The notes below the pieces were generated by a model. That model was not told the origin of the DNA and ran no database searches. It saw only the letters and a list, made by a program, of their open reading frames with translations. A stretch of 64,000 nt of DNA, taken from Chloroflexota bacterium (GTDB taxonomy: Bacteria > Chloroflexota > UBA11872 > VXOZ01). A program made the translations under genes and the position numbers. Positions 10,456-20,768 of this stretch are shown here, piece by piece. Location of the stretch: NCBI GenBank assembly GCA_965221905.1, contig OZ244922.1, forward strand, positions 512,001-576,000, given 5' to 3'. Within the stretch, counting starts at the first letter, position 1. Each line of letters starts with the position of its first letter.

Positions 10456-10732
10456 AACGATTGCCGTCTCCCCCCGCTGAGATGTAAGTGTGGGACAGTC
10501 CCGCAGATTGATCGTTTCTTCAATGCGACGGCTCCTATAAAGAGCCCTACATCAGCCGATTCGTTGCCCCAAGGGGCATAAAGTGGCGTGTCTTGGAAGG
10601 GCCTCGCCATGCATGTGGGCCTTGCCGATACTGCATGCTTTGGGTCGCTTGCAGCACAAGAGTATGTTCCGCAGACGGCTTCGCGCCAAAGCGCCCTCTG
10701 CTAGGGAGGATTCTCTCTGTTCTCACTCGTTG

Positions 10733-11650
10733 CTAACGCCGTACTCTGTCCGGTAGCGTGGATGGCTTCCCAAGCGCGTCCGCCATGGCGCGGATGTGGT
10801 AGGGGAGCATGCCGCAGCATGCGCCAATGAACTCGATTCCGATGCTCTCGGCTTCCTTGACGTATTCCGCCACCGCGAAGCGCGTCAGCACGCGCGGCTC
10901 GACGGTGGTCCAGAGGCCGGGCACGACGATCTCGCGATTATACACTGCACCCGGTTCCAGCTCGTAGGCCGTGGGCTGCACGCACATGGGCACGCCTACG
11001 GCTTTGCGCATGGCGCGCGCCAGCGGCAGTAGAGTCAGGGGCGGGCGATGACAGTTGATGCCCACCACGTCGGCGCCGTTATCTACAAGCCGTTTGGCTC
11101 CTTCCGCCGGTGAGAGGCCGTCGCGTGTGACGTCGCGTTCCTGGTAGGTGAGCGTGACGACGGCGGGGATGCCGGCTTGCTTTACGAAGGGAATCGCCAC
11201 ACTCGCCTCTGCCACAGTATGGAACGTCTCGACGATGAAGAGATCAACGCCCTCGGCCACCTGTTGCCCGACGCGCCGGTCAAAGAATGCCGCGACCTCC
11301 TGGCGGTCGGCGGCGCTAAGTTGCGGGCGGCGCTTGCCGAAATAGGGGCTGAGGGTGCCGGCCACGTAGCGGTCCGGCCCGGCGGCTTCACGCGCCAGCG
11401 CCACCGCCGTGCGGTGCAACTCCTCTTCTTGGTCTATCTTACCCACGCCCCAGGCCATGGCCTGCAAGACCTCAGCGCCCGCCCGGGCAAACTCCCGATG
11501 GAGTTCTAAGACGCCGTCGGGATTGTTGAGCACGGCGCGCGGGACGCCATCCTTGTAACTGCCAAGGCAGCGGCGCTCTAATTCCAGAAAGTAGCCGCCG
11601 TCGCCAAGCACCGGCCCCTGTCGCAAGCGTTCCAGAAAGTCTTGTGGCAA
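10733..11650 (-). CDS. Homocysteine S-methyltransferase family protein
   Basis: GDGG, LHREFARAGA, Zn ligands GINC and GACCG; GAAAGGAG RBS before TTG. Confidence 0.88.
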   Translation of the reverse strand: MPQDFLERLRQGPVLGDGGYFLELERRCLGSYKDGVPRAVLNNPDGVLELHREFARAGAEVLQAMAWGVGKIDQEEELHRTAVALAREAAGPDRYVAGTLSPYFGKRRPQLSAADRQEVAAFFDRRVGQQVAEGVDLFIVETFHTVAEASVAIPFVKQAGIPAVVTLTYQERDVTRDGLSPAEGAKRLVDNGADVVGINCHRPPLTLLPLARAMRKAVGVPMCVQPTAYELEPGAVYNREIVVPGLWTTVEPRVLTRFAVAEYVKEAESIGIEFIGACCGMLPYHIRAMADALGKPSTLPDRVRR

Positions 11651-11992
11651 TACGGTACTCCTTTCGATTGATTACGCCCTTGTATTGATCTGTTTGAACA
11701 CCAATCGCGCAGCAGTTTATTTAGGGGAATGGTATTTTCCTGAAAATCGAATTCTGCGCTAGAAGCGCAGCTACCCATCTATGAAAGGCCGCTGCCGTCG
11801 GCGGTCTGCAACTGAGTTGCGCATTCTTCGCGCACTCGCTATGCCATCCTTAGCCTACTCGTCTCTACACCAAATGGCTAGCCTACCGCGCCCCGCTCGC
11901 GCAGCGGTCATGCCGCTGTTTCTAAGACGGGTAATTGGCTCTTCGTTCCGATCAGCGGCTATCTCGAACTTAATCCACCCTGTATCCCGAAG

Positions 11993-12135
11993 GAGACCTT
12001 GGAGTGACTCCGTCATTCCGGCGAAGGCCGGAATCCAGAGGTGCGTGGGTAGTTCGTGGTTGCTAGTGGTCAAGCCATTCCTCACCCCATCCCGACCTTC
12101 CCCCGTCAAGGGGGAAGGGGTATTGCAAAGGTCTC
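11993..12135. mobile_element. MITE (~143 bp) with GAGACC...GGTCTC ends and CGAAG target duplication
   Basis: Terminal inverted repeats, 5-bp direct flanks at 11988-11992 and 12136-12140, homologues at 37057 and 60932. Confidence 0.8.
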
Positions 12136-12206
12136 CGAAGAGGGAAGCGTCGCATTGGCATAACGGGGGATATGGGCGCTCCACCGCACATGCTTCGACA
12201 GGCTCA

Positions 12207-12465
12207 GCACGAACGGTGGAGGGTTACTTGTGCACGAATGGGGAAGGGACACCTGTGCACGAACGGTGGAGGGTTACCTGTGCACGAATGGGGAAGGGAC
12301 ATCTGTGCACGAACGGTGGAGGGTTACTTGTGCATGTACGGGAAGGGACACCTGAGCATGTACGGGGAAGGGACACCTGTGCATGTACGGGGAAGGGACA
12401 CCTGAGCATGTACGGGGAAGGGACACCTGTGCATGTACGGGGAAGGGACACCTGAGCATGAACGG
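12207..12465. repeat. Tandem array of ~10 x 25-bp units (GCAYGWAYGGKGRAGGGWYAYYTGW)
   Basis: Directly visible; alternating unit variants, no unique spacers. Confidence 0.9.
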
Positions 12466-12763
12466 TCAATAGGCGCAGTGGGCGGCCGGGCCTGTGACCG
12501 TTGACGCCCTGCATGCAGTTCTCGGTCACAATTGGAAGGATCCTAGATTCTGCTCGAGCACGCATTGAATGCACGCCAATTGAGTGATAGGCTTAGGAGC
12601 AGCCGTAGCAGGAGCGTTGGATGCGCGGTTACGCTGCAAGATGCAAGTTACCGGGGAAAACGGTTGGTTGCTTGGCAGGGCACTTCCCGTGCAACGCGGT
12701 ACAGCCTGTTAGCGATCTGCACTCGCAATTCAGAAACTTTCTTTCGAGCCGAAAGCGCCTCGC

Positions 12764-14044
12764 ATGACTGAACCACTGTTGGCTGCGTTTGCTGAAGTTG
12801 ACATCACTCCCGCCGTAGAGACGACGCAAAACGGCAAGCGGAGGCGGCGCAGCTTCACCGTGCACGATCCGCTGATGGCGCGCCTGTGCGTACTGCGCCA
12901 AGGCGAGCAGACTGCGGTGTTGGCGGGCGTTGACGTATTCGAGCTGGGCGGCGGCTTCGAGGAGCGAGTAAGCGCCCACTTGGCGGGAACCGGCATCAGC
13001 AGCGAGTCACTGCTCTTTTCACCCTCCCACGTGGGCATGTCGCCGATCTCGCATTACGGCGCGTACATTATCGTCTTCGCCCAAGACCTGATCATCAACG
13101 ACTTTGAGGCGGAGTGTGCGGCGCGGATTGCCGGGGGCATCCGCGAAGCGCTGGACAGACTCACGCCGGTGCGCGTCGCCGTGGGGGTGGGGCACGCGCC
13201 GGAACTCACCCGCAATCGCCGGTGGCTCAAACCCAATGGCGCCGTGGAGATGGTGGGGTTGAAGTCGCCGATTCCCACCAACACCGATTGGCGCGAACAA
13301 GGCATCGACGATACGGTGCGTGTGGTTCGCTTTGATACCGTGGCAGGGGAGCAGCTTGGGGCGCTCGTGAATTTTGGCTGCCACGCACTCTGTTCGGATG
13401 ATCGCTATGGGCACATAACCGCCGACTATCCGCAGCATGTTGCCGCGGTGTTTCGCAAGGTGGCGGGCATACCGGTGGTCTTTACGCAAGGCAGCATCGG
13501 CGAACAGATACCGATTGAAGCGGAAGGCGCTCATTCCGCCCGCCGCATCGGCCACGCGCTCGGCGCCCGGGCGCTCTATGTCTTCGAACAGATCGCGCCC
13601 AGTGAGACACCGGTGCTGGGAGTTCACCGCGGGGAGGCAACCGTACCGGCGCGGCTGGTGGCAGAGGAACCGGAAGCAATGCGCTTAGACCTGCGCAACT
13701 CCCGCGCTCGCTACCGCCGGTACCTCTATGAACGCTTCCATGAGAACCCTTCCATTTCGTATCCGATCCGGGTGGTCACGCTCGGCGATGCGCTTGCGCT
13801 CGTAGCGCTGCCCGGCGAGATGTTCCATGAAACTGTGCTCGCCATTCAAGAGGCATCGCCATTTGCCCACACGATAGTGCTCAGCCGGGCTTCGCGCGAC
13901 GTGGGCTACGTGCCGGTGCCCAGCGCGTTTGCCCAGGGCGGCATGGAGCCGGCGCTCACATCGTTAACGCCGGAATCCGAGCCGGTGATTCGGCAAAGCG
14001 CACTTGAACAGCTTTACCGTTGCAGAGGGGCGGTGTTGGCGTAG
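12764..14044 (+). CDS. Neutral/alkaline ceramidase-like hydrolase
   Basis: DITP, HDPLMAR, NRR, NFGCHA, ADYP, LPGEMF, GYVP motifs. Confidence 0.75.
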   Translation: MTEPLLAAFAEVDITPAVETTQNGKRRRRSFTVHDPLMARLCVLRQGEQTAVLAGVDVFELGGGFEERVSAHLAGTGISSESLLFSPSHVGMSPISHYGAYIIVFAQDLIINDFEAECAARIAGGIREALDRLTPVRVAVGVGHAPELTRNRRWLKPNGAVEMVGLKSPIPTNTDWREQGIDDTVRVVRFDTVAGEQLGALVNFGCHALCSDDRYGHITADYPQHVAAVFRKVAGIPVVFTQGSIGEQIPIEAEGAHSARRIGHALGARALYVFEQIAPSETPVLGVHRGEATVPARLVAEEPEAMRLDLRNSRARYRRYLYERFHENPSISYPIRVVTLGDALALVALPGEMFHETVLAIQEASPFAHTIVLSRASRDVGYVPVPSAFAQGGMEPALTSLTPESEPVIRQSALEQLYRCRGAVLA

Positions 14045-14284
14045 CCTAGGGTCTGAGGCTGAGCCATGGCGCGGCCAATTCATTCGGGGAGCGGTCCGCT
14101 GGTTCTACGTGCCCACGGATGATGTTGGACAACAAACGTCAAGGCTGCGGGTCGTTAGACCCACAGCCTTTCGATTTCCCGTACCTTACATGTGGTAGAG
14201 GAATTCAATATCCATTCGCAAGGAACATTGAAATGCGAGTTAACGAGCCTTTAAGGGATCGTTAACTCGCTGAGTTGTCGCGTA

Positions 14285-14569
14285 CTACCAGGAACGCGGT
14301 CGACTGAATTCGCGGGGTTTCCGCTCGCCGCGTGGGCGTGCCTGGTTGACATTGAGCGCGCGACCGCCCATGTCCTTCTGGTTGAGGGCGCTAATCGCTG
14401 CTTCGGCTTCTGCCTGGGATGACATCTCGACAAAGCCAAAGCCTCGTGAGCGACCGGTGTCACGGTCCATAATGACGGAAGCCGAGGCTACGTCGCCAAA
14501 CTCGGCAAACAGCTCTCGTAGTTCATCATCAGTCGTCGTATAGGGAAGATTCCCTACATAGATATTCAC
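14285..14569 (-). CDS. RRM-domain RNA-binding protein
   Basis: RNP2 IYVGNL and RNP1 RGFGFVEM. Confidence 0.95.
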   Translation of the reverse strand: MNIYVGNLPYTTTDDELRELFAEFGDVASASVIMDRDTGRSRGFGFVEMSSQAEAEAAISALNQKDMGGRALNVNQARPRGERKPREFSRPRSW

Positions 14570-14935
14570 TGTCGGTTCCTTTTGTCAGACTGCCACCTGA
14601 CGCCGCCGGTCAGCAGACCCAATCTCGTATTACAAAAAAACATCGTAGTGCAATTAATGCACCTTTACCCTGCACGGCGCTGCCGGTGCGCTACACTTGG
14701 AGAGAATGACCGCCACACTTTTATGGGTAGCCATTCTACGCTCCCAGCCATGCGCTAAAATCCTTCTGCGGTATCAACACTCCTTTCCTACAACACGCCT
14801 GGAAAGGTAAACGGACACTAATCCTCAAACGAAAAATCGCAATCTGGCGACGCGGTAAGGCGAGACCGCAGACTCAACCTCTTCGCGTTCTATCTAGTAC
14901 CGACGCCATACCAGGCCTACATTTGTACTCCATCT

Positions 14936-14963
14936 ACTTTACCACATTCTGTGGGTTTTGCAA
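14936..14963 (-). promoter_or_regulatory. Putative sigma70 promoter for the RRM gene
   Basis: TTGCAA-16-TAAAGT with extended TGn. Confidence 0.45.
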
Positions 14964-15406
14964 GTACGTTTGTTTGGGAGTAATGTAATATTTGACGGAG
15001 AAAACCCTTAAGTACACGGAATCTTTGCGTCCTGGCAGTGGAGTGCCGTGCGTCTCTAATGGGAGCCAACCGCTGCTCCACAGCGTGCAGGGCGGTGTTG
15101 CGCCAGGCCGCGGGAAGGTCTGCTACCGGAGCAGTGGCGGAAACTAAATGAGAGACGTCTGACGGGAGCGAATAGCCTCGTCTGCGCGATGGACATTTCC
15201 AAACCAGCTTGTTTGCAGGCGGGACGCGGGAACCCCACTCTAGCCGATCGATCGTTCGTCTGCTGCAACACATGCTATTTCCCCCTGCAGTGAACGGCAT
15301 AGTTGCAGCCGTGGTTTTTCCTTGAACCTATGATATCGCCATGCTAGAGTGAAGCAGCGAAAACGCAGTAGTGTATGCCATGTCTTGTGCGAGGGAAAGC
15401 GTCCCC

Positions 15407-16447
15407 ATGACCGTAGAGCGCGCAGACGGCCTGTTTGGGGCTGTGCAGGAGGTCGATGGAATTGCGCGACGCGCTGTGCGCATTCTCCACGCGCGGTTTG
15501 GGCTGATTTCGAATAATCGAGCACTCATCAGTAACCCGGAGTTCTTCGATAGCCGCACGGTCATTCAATCGCTCGTGACGAACGTATTTGCGGTGCCGGA
15601 GATTCCTTTTACCGAGCCGCTGGACGCACACATGTACATTCTGGATCTGCCCCAGGCGACGCCGTCCGTCAGAATTGGCGAACAGGAAGTCTATGCCGTG
15701 GCGGACTTTAGCCGGCTGGAGGCGGCATGCTCGGATCGGCGCTGCTCGCTCTTCGGCAACTTAGGCTTGTTCTTCCGCTTTGCATTGGCGCTGCTGGAGC
15801 GCCGCCATGGGATATTCAGCTTCCATGCCTCGGCCATGTACATTGCCGAGCGAAACGAGTTGATGCTGGTGGTGGGCGGCGCCGGCGCCGGCAAGACGGT
15901 GTTCTTGCTGGAGGGGTTGCGGCGCGGCTACCGGGTCTTTAGCACGGAGATGACCCATCTGGAATTTCGCGGGGGTGATGTGGTCTTTCACAAGGGTTCG
16001 CTGGTGGACAACATCCGCCAGGGCAACTTCGTCTATGATTTCCCGGACGCTGCGGAGCGGCTCGGCCTAGACCTGCCCGCAGTGGAGAACGTTTGGGCGC
16101 ATAAGTTGGCAGTGGACCTGGCGCCGGTTGCAACGGAGGCTGACGAGTTGGTCAATCCCAGACTCTCGCTGCTCTTCCCCAAGATCGAATCGGGAAGTGA
16201 GACTGCCGTAGTCTCAGACGTGAAGCCCGGTCCCAAGATGGTCAAGCTTCTGTTTGACAACGCATCCGAGAAGATAGGGGGCACGGCGTTGCTCTATGAT
16301 TGCATCCCTATCGCGGGCGCCGACGCGCCGGACATAGCGGCAAAGCGGTTAGAAGGCATGAACCGCTTGGTGCACGATCATTCCGGTTTGATCATCCGCG
16401 CCAAGGACATTCTGGCCGGCACACACAATTGTATGGAAGGACTCTAG
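15407..16447 (+). CDS. HprK/PEPCK-like P-loop kinase of unknown substrate
   Basis: FHASAM...LVVGGAGAGKT, resembling the HprK-related LHAS..G.SG.GKS pattern. Confidence 0.65.
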   Translation: MTVERADGLFGAVQEVDGIARRAVRILHARFGLISNNRALISNPEFFDSRTVIQSLVTNVFAVPEIPFTEPLDAHMYILDLPQATPSVRIGEQEVYAVADFSRLEAACSDRRCSLFGNLGLFFRFALALLERRHGIFSFHASAMYIAERNELMLVVGGAGAGKTVFLLEGLRRGYRVFSTEMTHLEFRGGDVVFHKGSLVDNIRQGNFVYDFPDAAERLGLDLPAVENVWAHKLAVDLAPVATEADELVNPRLSLLFPKIESGSETAVVSDVKPGPKMVKLLFDNASEKIGGTALLYDCIPIAGADAPDIAAKRLEGMNRLVHDHSGLIIRAKDILAGTHNCMEGL

Positions 16448-16564
16448 GCGAAGCTGAGTGAGTTTAGCGCATTGACAGCCATTGTCATTCCGAGCGAAGC
16501 GAGGAATCTAGAGTGGTCGACCTGGTAGAATATCTGACTTAAGAAAATAAGGAGAGAATAGCAT

Positions 16565-17368
16565 ATGCCGCAAGCTTGGGAAGGAATTGTCGATCCGCCG
16601 GTACGGACACGTGTCAACGAAAAACCGCGCAGTACCGGGTATACGATGGTGCTCGATAAGGGGCTTGGATTGCACGGCACCACCGATCTCATGCAGATGG
16701 CGCATCATGTCATCGATTCCCTAAAACTGACGTTTGGCACGTCGGCATTCTACGAGGAAGACGTGCTGCGGGAGAAGATTGCGCTGGTCCAAGCGGCCGG
16801 CGTGGACATCTATCCTGGAGGTACGTTCCTGGAGGCGGCGGTGGCCCAAGGCAAACTGCCGGAATATGTAGTGCGTGCCAAGGCCCTGGGATTTAACACC
16901 ATCGAGGTCTCCGACGGCACGATCGAAATGGATGCTGCCACCCGCAGCGACATAGTCAAGCGCGCCTTAGACGCCGGCTTCAAAGTGCTCACTGAGGTGG
17001 GGAAGAAGGACCCTAAAGACGCCATTGCCACCTCCACCATGCATGAACAGATAGCCGCCGATCTTGCACAAGGCGCTGCTAAGGTGATTGTCGAGGCACG
17101 GGAATCCGGTCATGGGGTCGGAATCTTCGATGCCGGCGGTGACGTGCAGACCGAAATGGTGCAGGAGATTCTGGGTGGCATCAACAACGTAGAAGACCTT
17201 ATCTGGGAAGCGCCGATCAAGAATCAGCAGCAGTGGCTCATCCTGGAATTCGGTCCAAACGTCAACTTGGGCAACATACCGCCGGAAGATATCCTGGCGC
17301 TGGAGGCGCTGCGCTGCGGCATGCGGGGCGATACGCTGAAGCGCGCCCTCGCCGGCACGTGGCCGTAG
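16565..17368 (+). CDS. comA: Phosphosulfolactate synthase
   Basis: TMVLDKG, KLTFGTS, YPGGT, IEVSDG, EVGKK, VEARESG, WEAP, FGPNVNLGNI, LEALRCG.RGDT. Confidence 0.93.
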   Translation: MPQAWEGIVDPPVRTRVNEKPRSTGYTMVLDKGLGLHGTTDLMQMAHHVIDSLKLTFGTSAFYEEDVLREKIALVQAAGVDIYPGGTFLEAAVAQGKLPEYVVRAKALGFNTIEVSDGTIEMDAATRSDIVKRALDAGFKVLTEVGKKDPKDAIATSTMHEQIAADLAQGAAKVIVEARESGHGVGIFDAGGDVQTEMVQEILGGINNVEDLIWEAPIKNQQQWLILEFGPNVNLGNIPPEDILALEALRCGMRGDTLKRALAGTWP

Positions 17369-17696
17369 AGATTGCTTTCTCATATGTGGGCACCAATCGA
17401 CCGCAGTGGGAGATCTTTATTCTAAGTTTGTGATATGTCTTGCACGTTTCTACCGAGTCGGTAGGATGATACTAGCTAATGGGCATTTGCCCTCACCCTA
17501 ACCCTCTCCCACGGGAGAGGGGACAGTTGCCCCCTGGCGGACAGTAGACACCAGATCCTAGAGAAAGGAAACTCGTTTTCGTAGTTCACTCGCAAAGCAA
17601 TAGGGGCTGCATCATGTGGGGGCGCCCTCGGACAGGGTTTTGGCGAGTCTCCGGAGTGCAAGTAGGCCTGGTAGGAACTATGAGGTTCTGCCTAAC

Positions 17697-18971
17697 GTGG
17701 CTACAGCAGAAAATGCAGTCAAATACGGCGTAGAGACCGTCACCTTCGCCCTGCCAGATGCTGCGGACGTGACGGTGATCGAGCCGCGCTCGGTTAAGGG
17801 CGTATCTGACCCGGTGGCAGAAGTGGAGCAGGCACTCGGCGAGGCGCTGGCGCAAGGGTTGCTGGAGCAGCCGGGTACGACCGCCATCGCCATTAGCGAT
17901 GCGACGCGTCCAGTGCCAAACGACACTCTGCTGCCGCCGCTACTTGCTCAACTGCACGGAAAAGGCATTAGGGAAGAAGAAATATCTATCATCGTTGGCA
18001 CCGGCAACCACCGCGCGGCAACGGCGGAGGAACTCCCGCAACTCGTTGGCGCCGACATTGCCCGACGCTACCGCGTTTTTTCCCACGTCTACGACGACCC
18101 GGCGCAGCTTGTCCGCCTGGGTGAGACGAGCCGCGGCACGCCGGTGGTCATCAATCGGACGTTTGCTGAGGCGAATACGCGCATCATCGTCGGCATGATT
18201 GACCCCCATCAATTTGTCGGCTACACCGGCGGCTGCAAGGGCGCGTTCATCGGCCTCGCGGGCGGTGAGACCATTGCCGCAAACCACTCGATGCTTAGCG
18301 ATCCGGCGGCAAAGCTGGGCGTCTGCAATGGCAATCCGGTTCGTGAGGATATTGATGAACTCACTGACTTTCTCTCGATTGACCTTGTCATCAACGTCGT
18401 GCTCAACACTGCGAACGAGATAGTGCGCGTCTTTGCGGGCGGTCCGCATGACGTGCTCGCGGCGGCGGTGCCGCTGGTGCAGGATGTGTGCGAAACGGCA
18501 GTGCCTCACGCCATGGATGTGGTCATTGCGTCTCCCGGCGGCTATCCCAAAGACATCAACCTCTATCAGGCGCAGAAGGCGCTAGCCCATGCCAGCGAAT
18601 TGGTGCGCCCAGGCGGCAGTGTAATTCTGGTGGCAGAATGCCGCGAAGGCGCAGGCGATGATCTATACGAGGCCTGGATGGCTGCCGCCAGAACGCCGCA
18701 AGAGGTGGTAACCCGGTTCGAGCAGGAGGGCTTTCGCATGGGCGCGCACAAAGCGTTCCTCTTTGCCCGCAGCATGCTCAAGGCGCATACTTACCTTGTT
18801 TCCCGCGGGATTGGACCCGACCAAGCACAAAAACTCCACCTAGTTTCCGCACCAACGATTGAGCACGCGCTGGCGGCGGCGCTGCGCGACATCGAAGGCC
18901 GACCGCGCATCGGTATTATGCCGCGCGCCTCGTCCACCATTCCGCGCATCATGGCGCCGGCACGTATATAA
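17697..18971 (+). CDS. larA: LarA-family nickel-pincer 2-hydroxyacid racemase/epimerase
   Basis: SDATRP, GTGNHR, PHQFVGYTGG.K, NHS, GGYPKDINLYQAQK, AECREG, GAHKA. Confidence 0.9.
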   Translation: MATAENAVKYGVETVTFALPDAADVTVIEPRSVKGVSDPVAEVEQALGEALAQGLLEQPGTTAIAISDATRPVPNDTLLPPLLAQLHGKGIREEEISIIVGTGNHRAATAEELPQLVGADIARRYRVFSHVYDDPAQLVRLGETSRGTPVVINRTFAEANTRIIVGMIDPHQFVGYTGGCKGAFIGLAGGETIAANHSMLSDPAAKLGVCNGNPVREDIDELTDFLSIDLVINVVLNTANEIVRVFAGGPHDVLAAAVPLVQDVCETAVPHAMDVVIASPGGYPKDINLYQAQKALAHASELVRPGGSVILVAECREGAGDDLYEAWMAAARTPQEVVTRFEQEGFRMGAHKAFLFARSMLKAHTYLVSRGIGPDQAQKLHLVSAPTIEHALAAALRDIEGRPRIGIMPRASSTIPRIMAPARI

Positions 18972-19185
18972 TTGCGGAAAGCCTAGAGCTTACTGACTTT
19001 CAAGAAAGTACGCGCTCTTGAGACTCGTCATTCCCACGAAAGCGGGAATCCATCCGCTCCGAGTAACCAGGCATTTGGCGTGCGCCGGAGCGACGGAGAG
19101 TATCAGATTAGCTTCTGGGGTGTGTACGTCAGAAGCAAGTGGCAAACTTCCATGTAATTCCTGTGACTTTCCGAGGAGAAGATAA

Positions 19186-20532
19186 ATGGCTACAGCAAAT
19201 GGCACATCCCCAGCGCAACTCAAGCAGATGTTGGATGAGACGATAGACGCGCAGTTCGATGCGATCACCGGCATTGCCGACCGTATCTTGCGGCACCCGG
19301 AGACGGGGTACAAGGAATTCGAGACCGCCGGAGTGGTTGACGAGTGGCTGACGCAGCTCGCTATTCCCCACCATACGGATATCGCCGTTACGGGTGTGAA
19401 GGCCGTGCTCGATACGGGACGACCGGGGCCGAGTGTGGCGATTATGGGCGAGTTGGACGCGCTGCCGGTACCGGATCACCCGTATGCGCATCCTGAGACC
19501 GGCGCCGCACACGCGTGCGGTCATAATAACCAGATTGCGACTATGCTTGGCGCCGCGGTTGGGTTTGCGCAGTCCGGCGTGCTCGACCACCTGTGCGGCA
19601 AGCTGGTCTTCATGGCGGTGCCGGCGGAAGAGTATGTGGAGGTGGGCTTTCGGCAATCCTTGCGCGACCAGGGAACAATCGAGTTCCTGGGCGGCAAGCC
19701 GGAGTTCATTCGTCTGGGCGCGTTCGATGACGTGGATTTCGCCATGCTGGTGCACACGAGCAGCCGCGCTGAAGACGGCATTGTCTGCATGACGGAGACG
19801 AGCAACGGCACGGTCGCGAAGCACGTCACGTACCATGGCCGCGCGGCGCATGCCGCCGGTGCGCCCCATAGGGGCATCAACGCCCTGAATGCCGCGACAC
19901 TGGCATTCACGGCAATCCAGTTTCAGCGCGAAACCTTCCGTGACGAGGACACCGTGCGCGCGCACTTCATCATCACGCGCGGCGGCGAGGTGAACAACGT
20001 AATCCCGGCCCTTGTGCAAATGGAGGGCAAGGTGCGCGGCAAGACCATGGATGTCATGCTGGAAGCAAGCCAGAAAGTGGAACGCGCGCTCAAAGCCGGA
20101 GCGCTGGCTACGGGAGCGACCGTGCACATCGAGACGTTTCCCGGCTACTTCCCCATGATTCCCCATCCGCCGCTGGCTGACCTCTATCGTGATAATGCCG
20201 CCGCCCTAGTGGGAGAAGAGCACATCTCAACGCGAGCCCATAGTACCGGCTCTACAGACATGGGCGACGTGATGAACGTCGTGCGCGCAATCCAGCCGGC
20301 TGCGGGTGGCGCGACGGGAACCGGCCACGGGAACGACTTCTTACTCCATGACGCCGATCATGCCATTATCATGCCGGCGAAGCTCATGGCGCAGACGGCG
20401 ATTGACCTGCTGGCGAACGGCGCGGAAACGGCGCATAGGGTAATGGAAGAAACCAAACCGCCCTTTACGAAGGATGAATACCTCACCCAACTCCGCAGCC
20501 TGGCGCAGACGGTGGAATATGACGGCACGTAA
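19186..20532 (+). CDS. M20/M40 family amidohydrolase
   Basis: HPETGYKE, ELDAL, HACGHN, PAEE, GSTDMGD. Confidence 0.9.
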   Translation: MATANGTSPAQLKQMLDETIDAQFDAITGIADRILRHPETGYKEFETAGVVDEWLTQLAIPHHTDIAVTGVKAVLDTGRPGPSVAIMGELDALPVPDHPYAHPETGAAHACGHNNQIATMLGAAVGFAQSGVLDHLCGKLVFMAVPAEEYVEVGFRQSLRDQGTIEFLGGKPEFIRLGAFDDVDFAMLVHTSSRAEDGIVCMTETSNGTVAKHVTYHGRAAHAAGAPHRGINALNAATLAFTAIQFQRETFRDEDTVRAHFIITRGGEVNNVIPALVQMEGKVRGKTMDVMLEASQKVERALKAGALATGATVHIETFPGYFPMIPHPPLADLYRDNAAALVGEEHISTRAHSTGSTDMGDVMNVVRAIQPAAGGATGTGHGNDFLLHDADHAIIMPAKLMAQTAIDLLANGAETAHRVMEETKPPFTKDEYLTQLRSLAQTVEYDGT

Positions 20533-20768
20533 TCTCATGTTGCTCGGTGCTGCCCGACCCGATCGCCAACCATAGACATTGGAACAACTGGGTGAGGGAT
20601 CGACAGCCTGACTGCCCGTCGCTTGGTTTCTACAAGAACCGAGAGAGTTTGCCTAAAGTTACAGGCATTCATTGAACTGTCAGATGATAGCTGTACAATG
20701 ACTAGGAAAGAGGTTTCTTGCGCTAGCGTCTTTAGAATGTAGTTGCAGTGTACAATGAGTAGGGAGGA

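Noticed and set aside
11651-11990. SAM or cobalamin riboswitch upstream of the homocysteine methyltransferase
   Set aside because: No conserved aptamer motifs were recognised
12207-12465. CRISPR array
   Set aside because: Units are contiguous with no unique spacers, and there are no cas genes
11781-12574. ORFs 11781-12455 and overlapping frames
   Set aside because: They are translations of MITE, REP and tandem-repeat DNA
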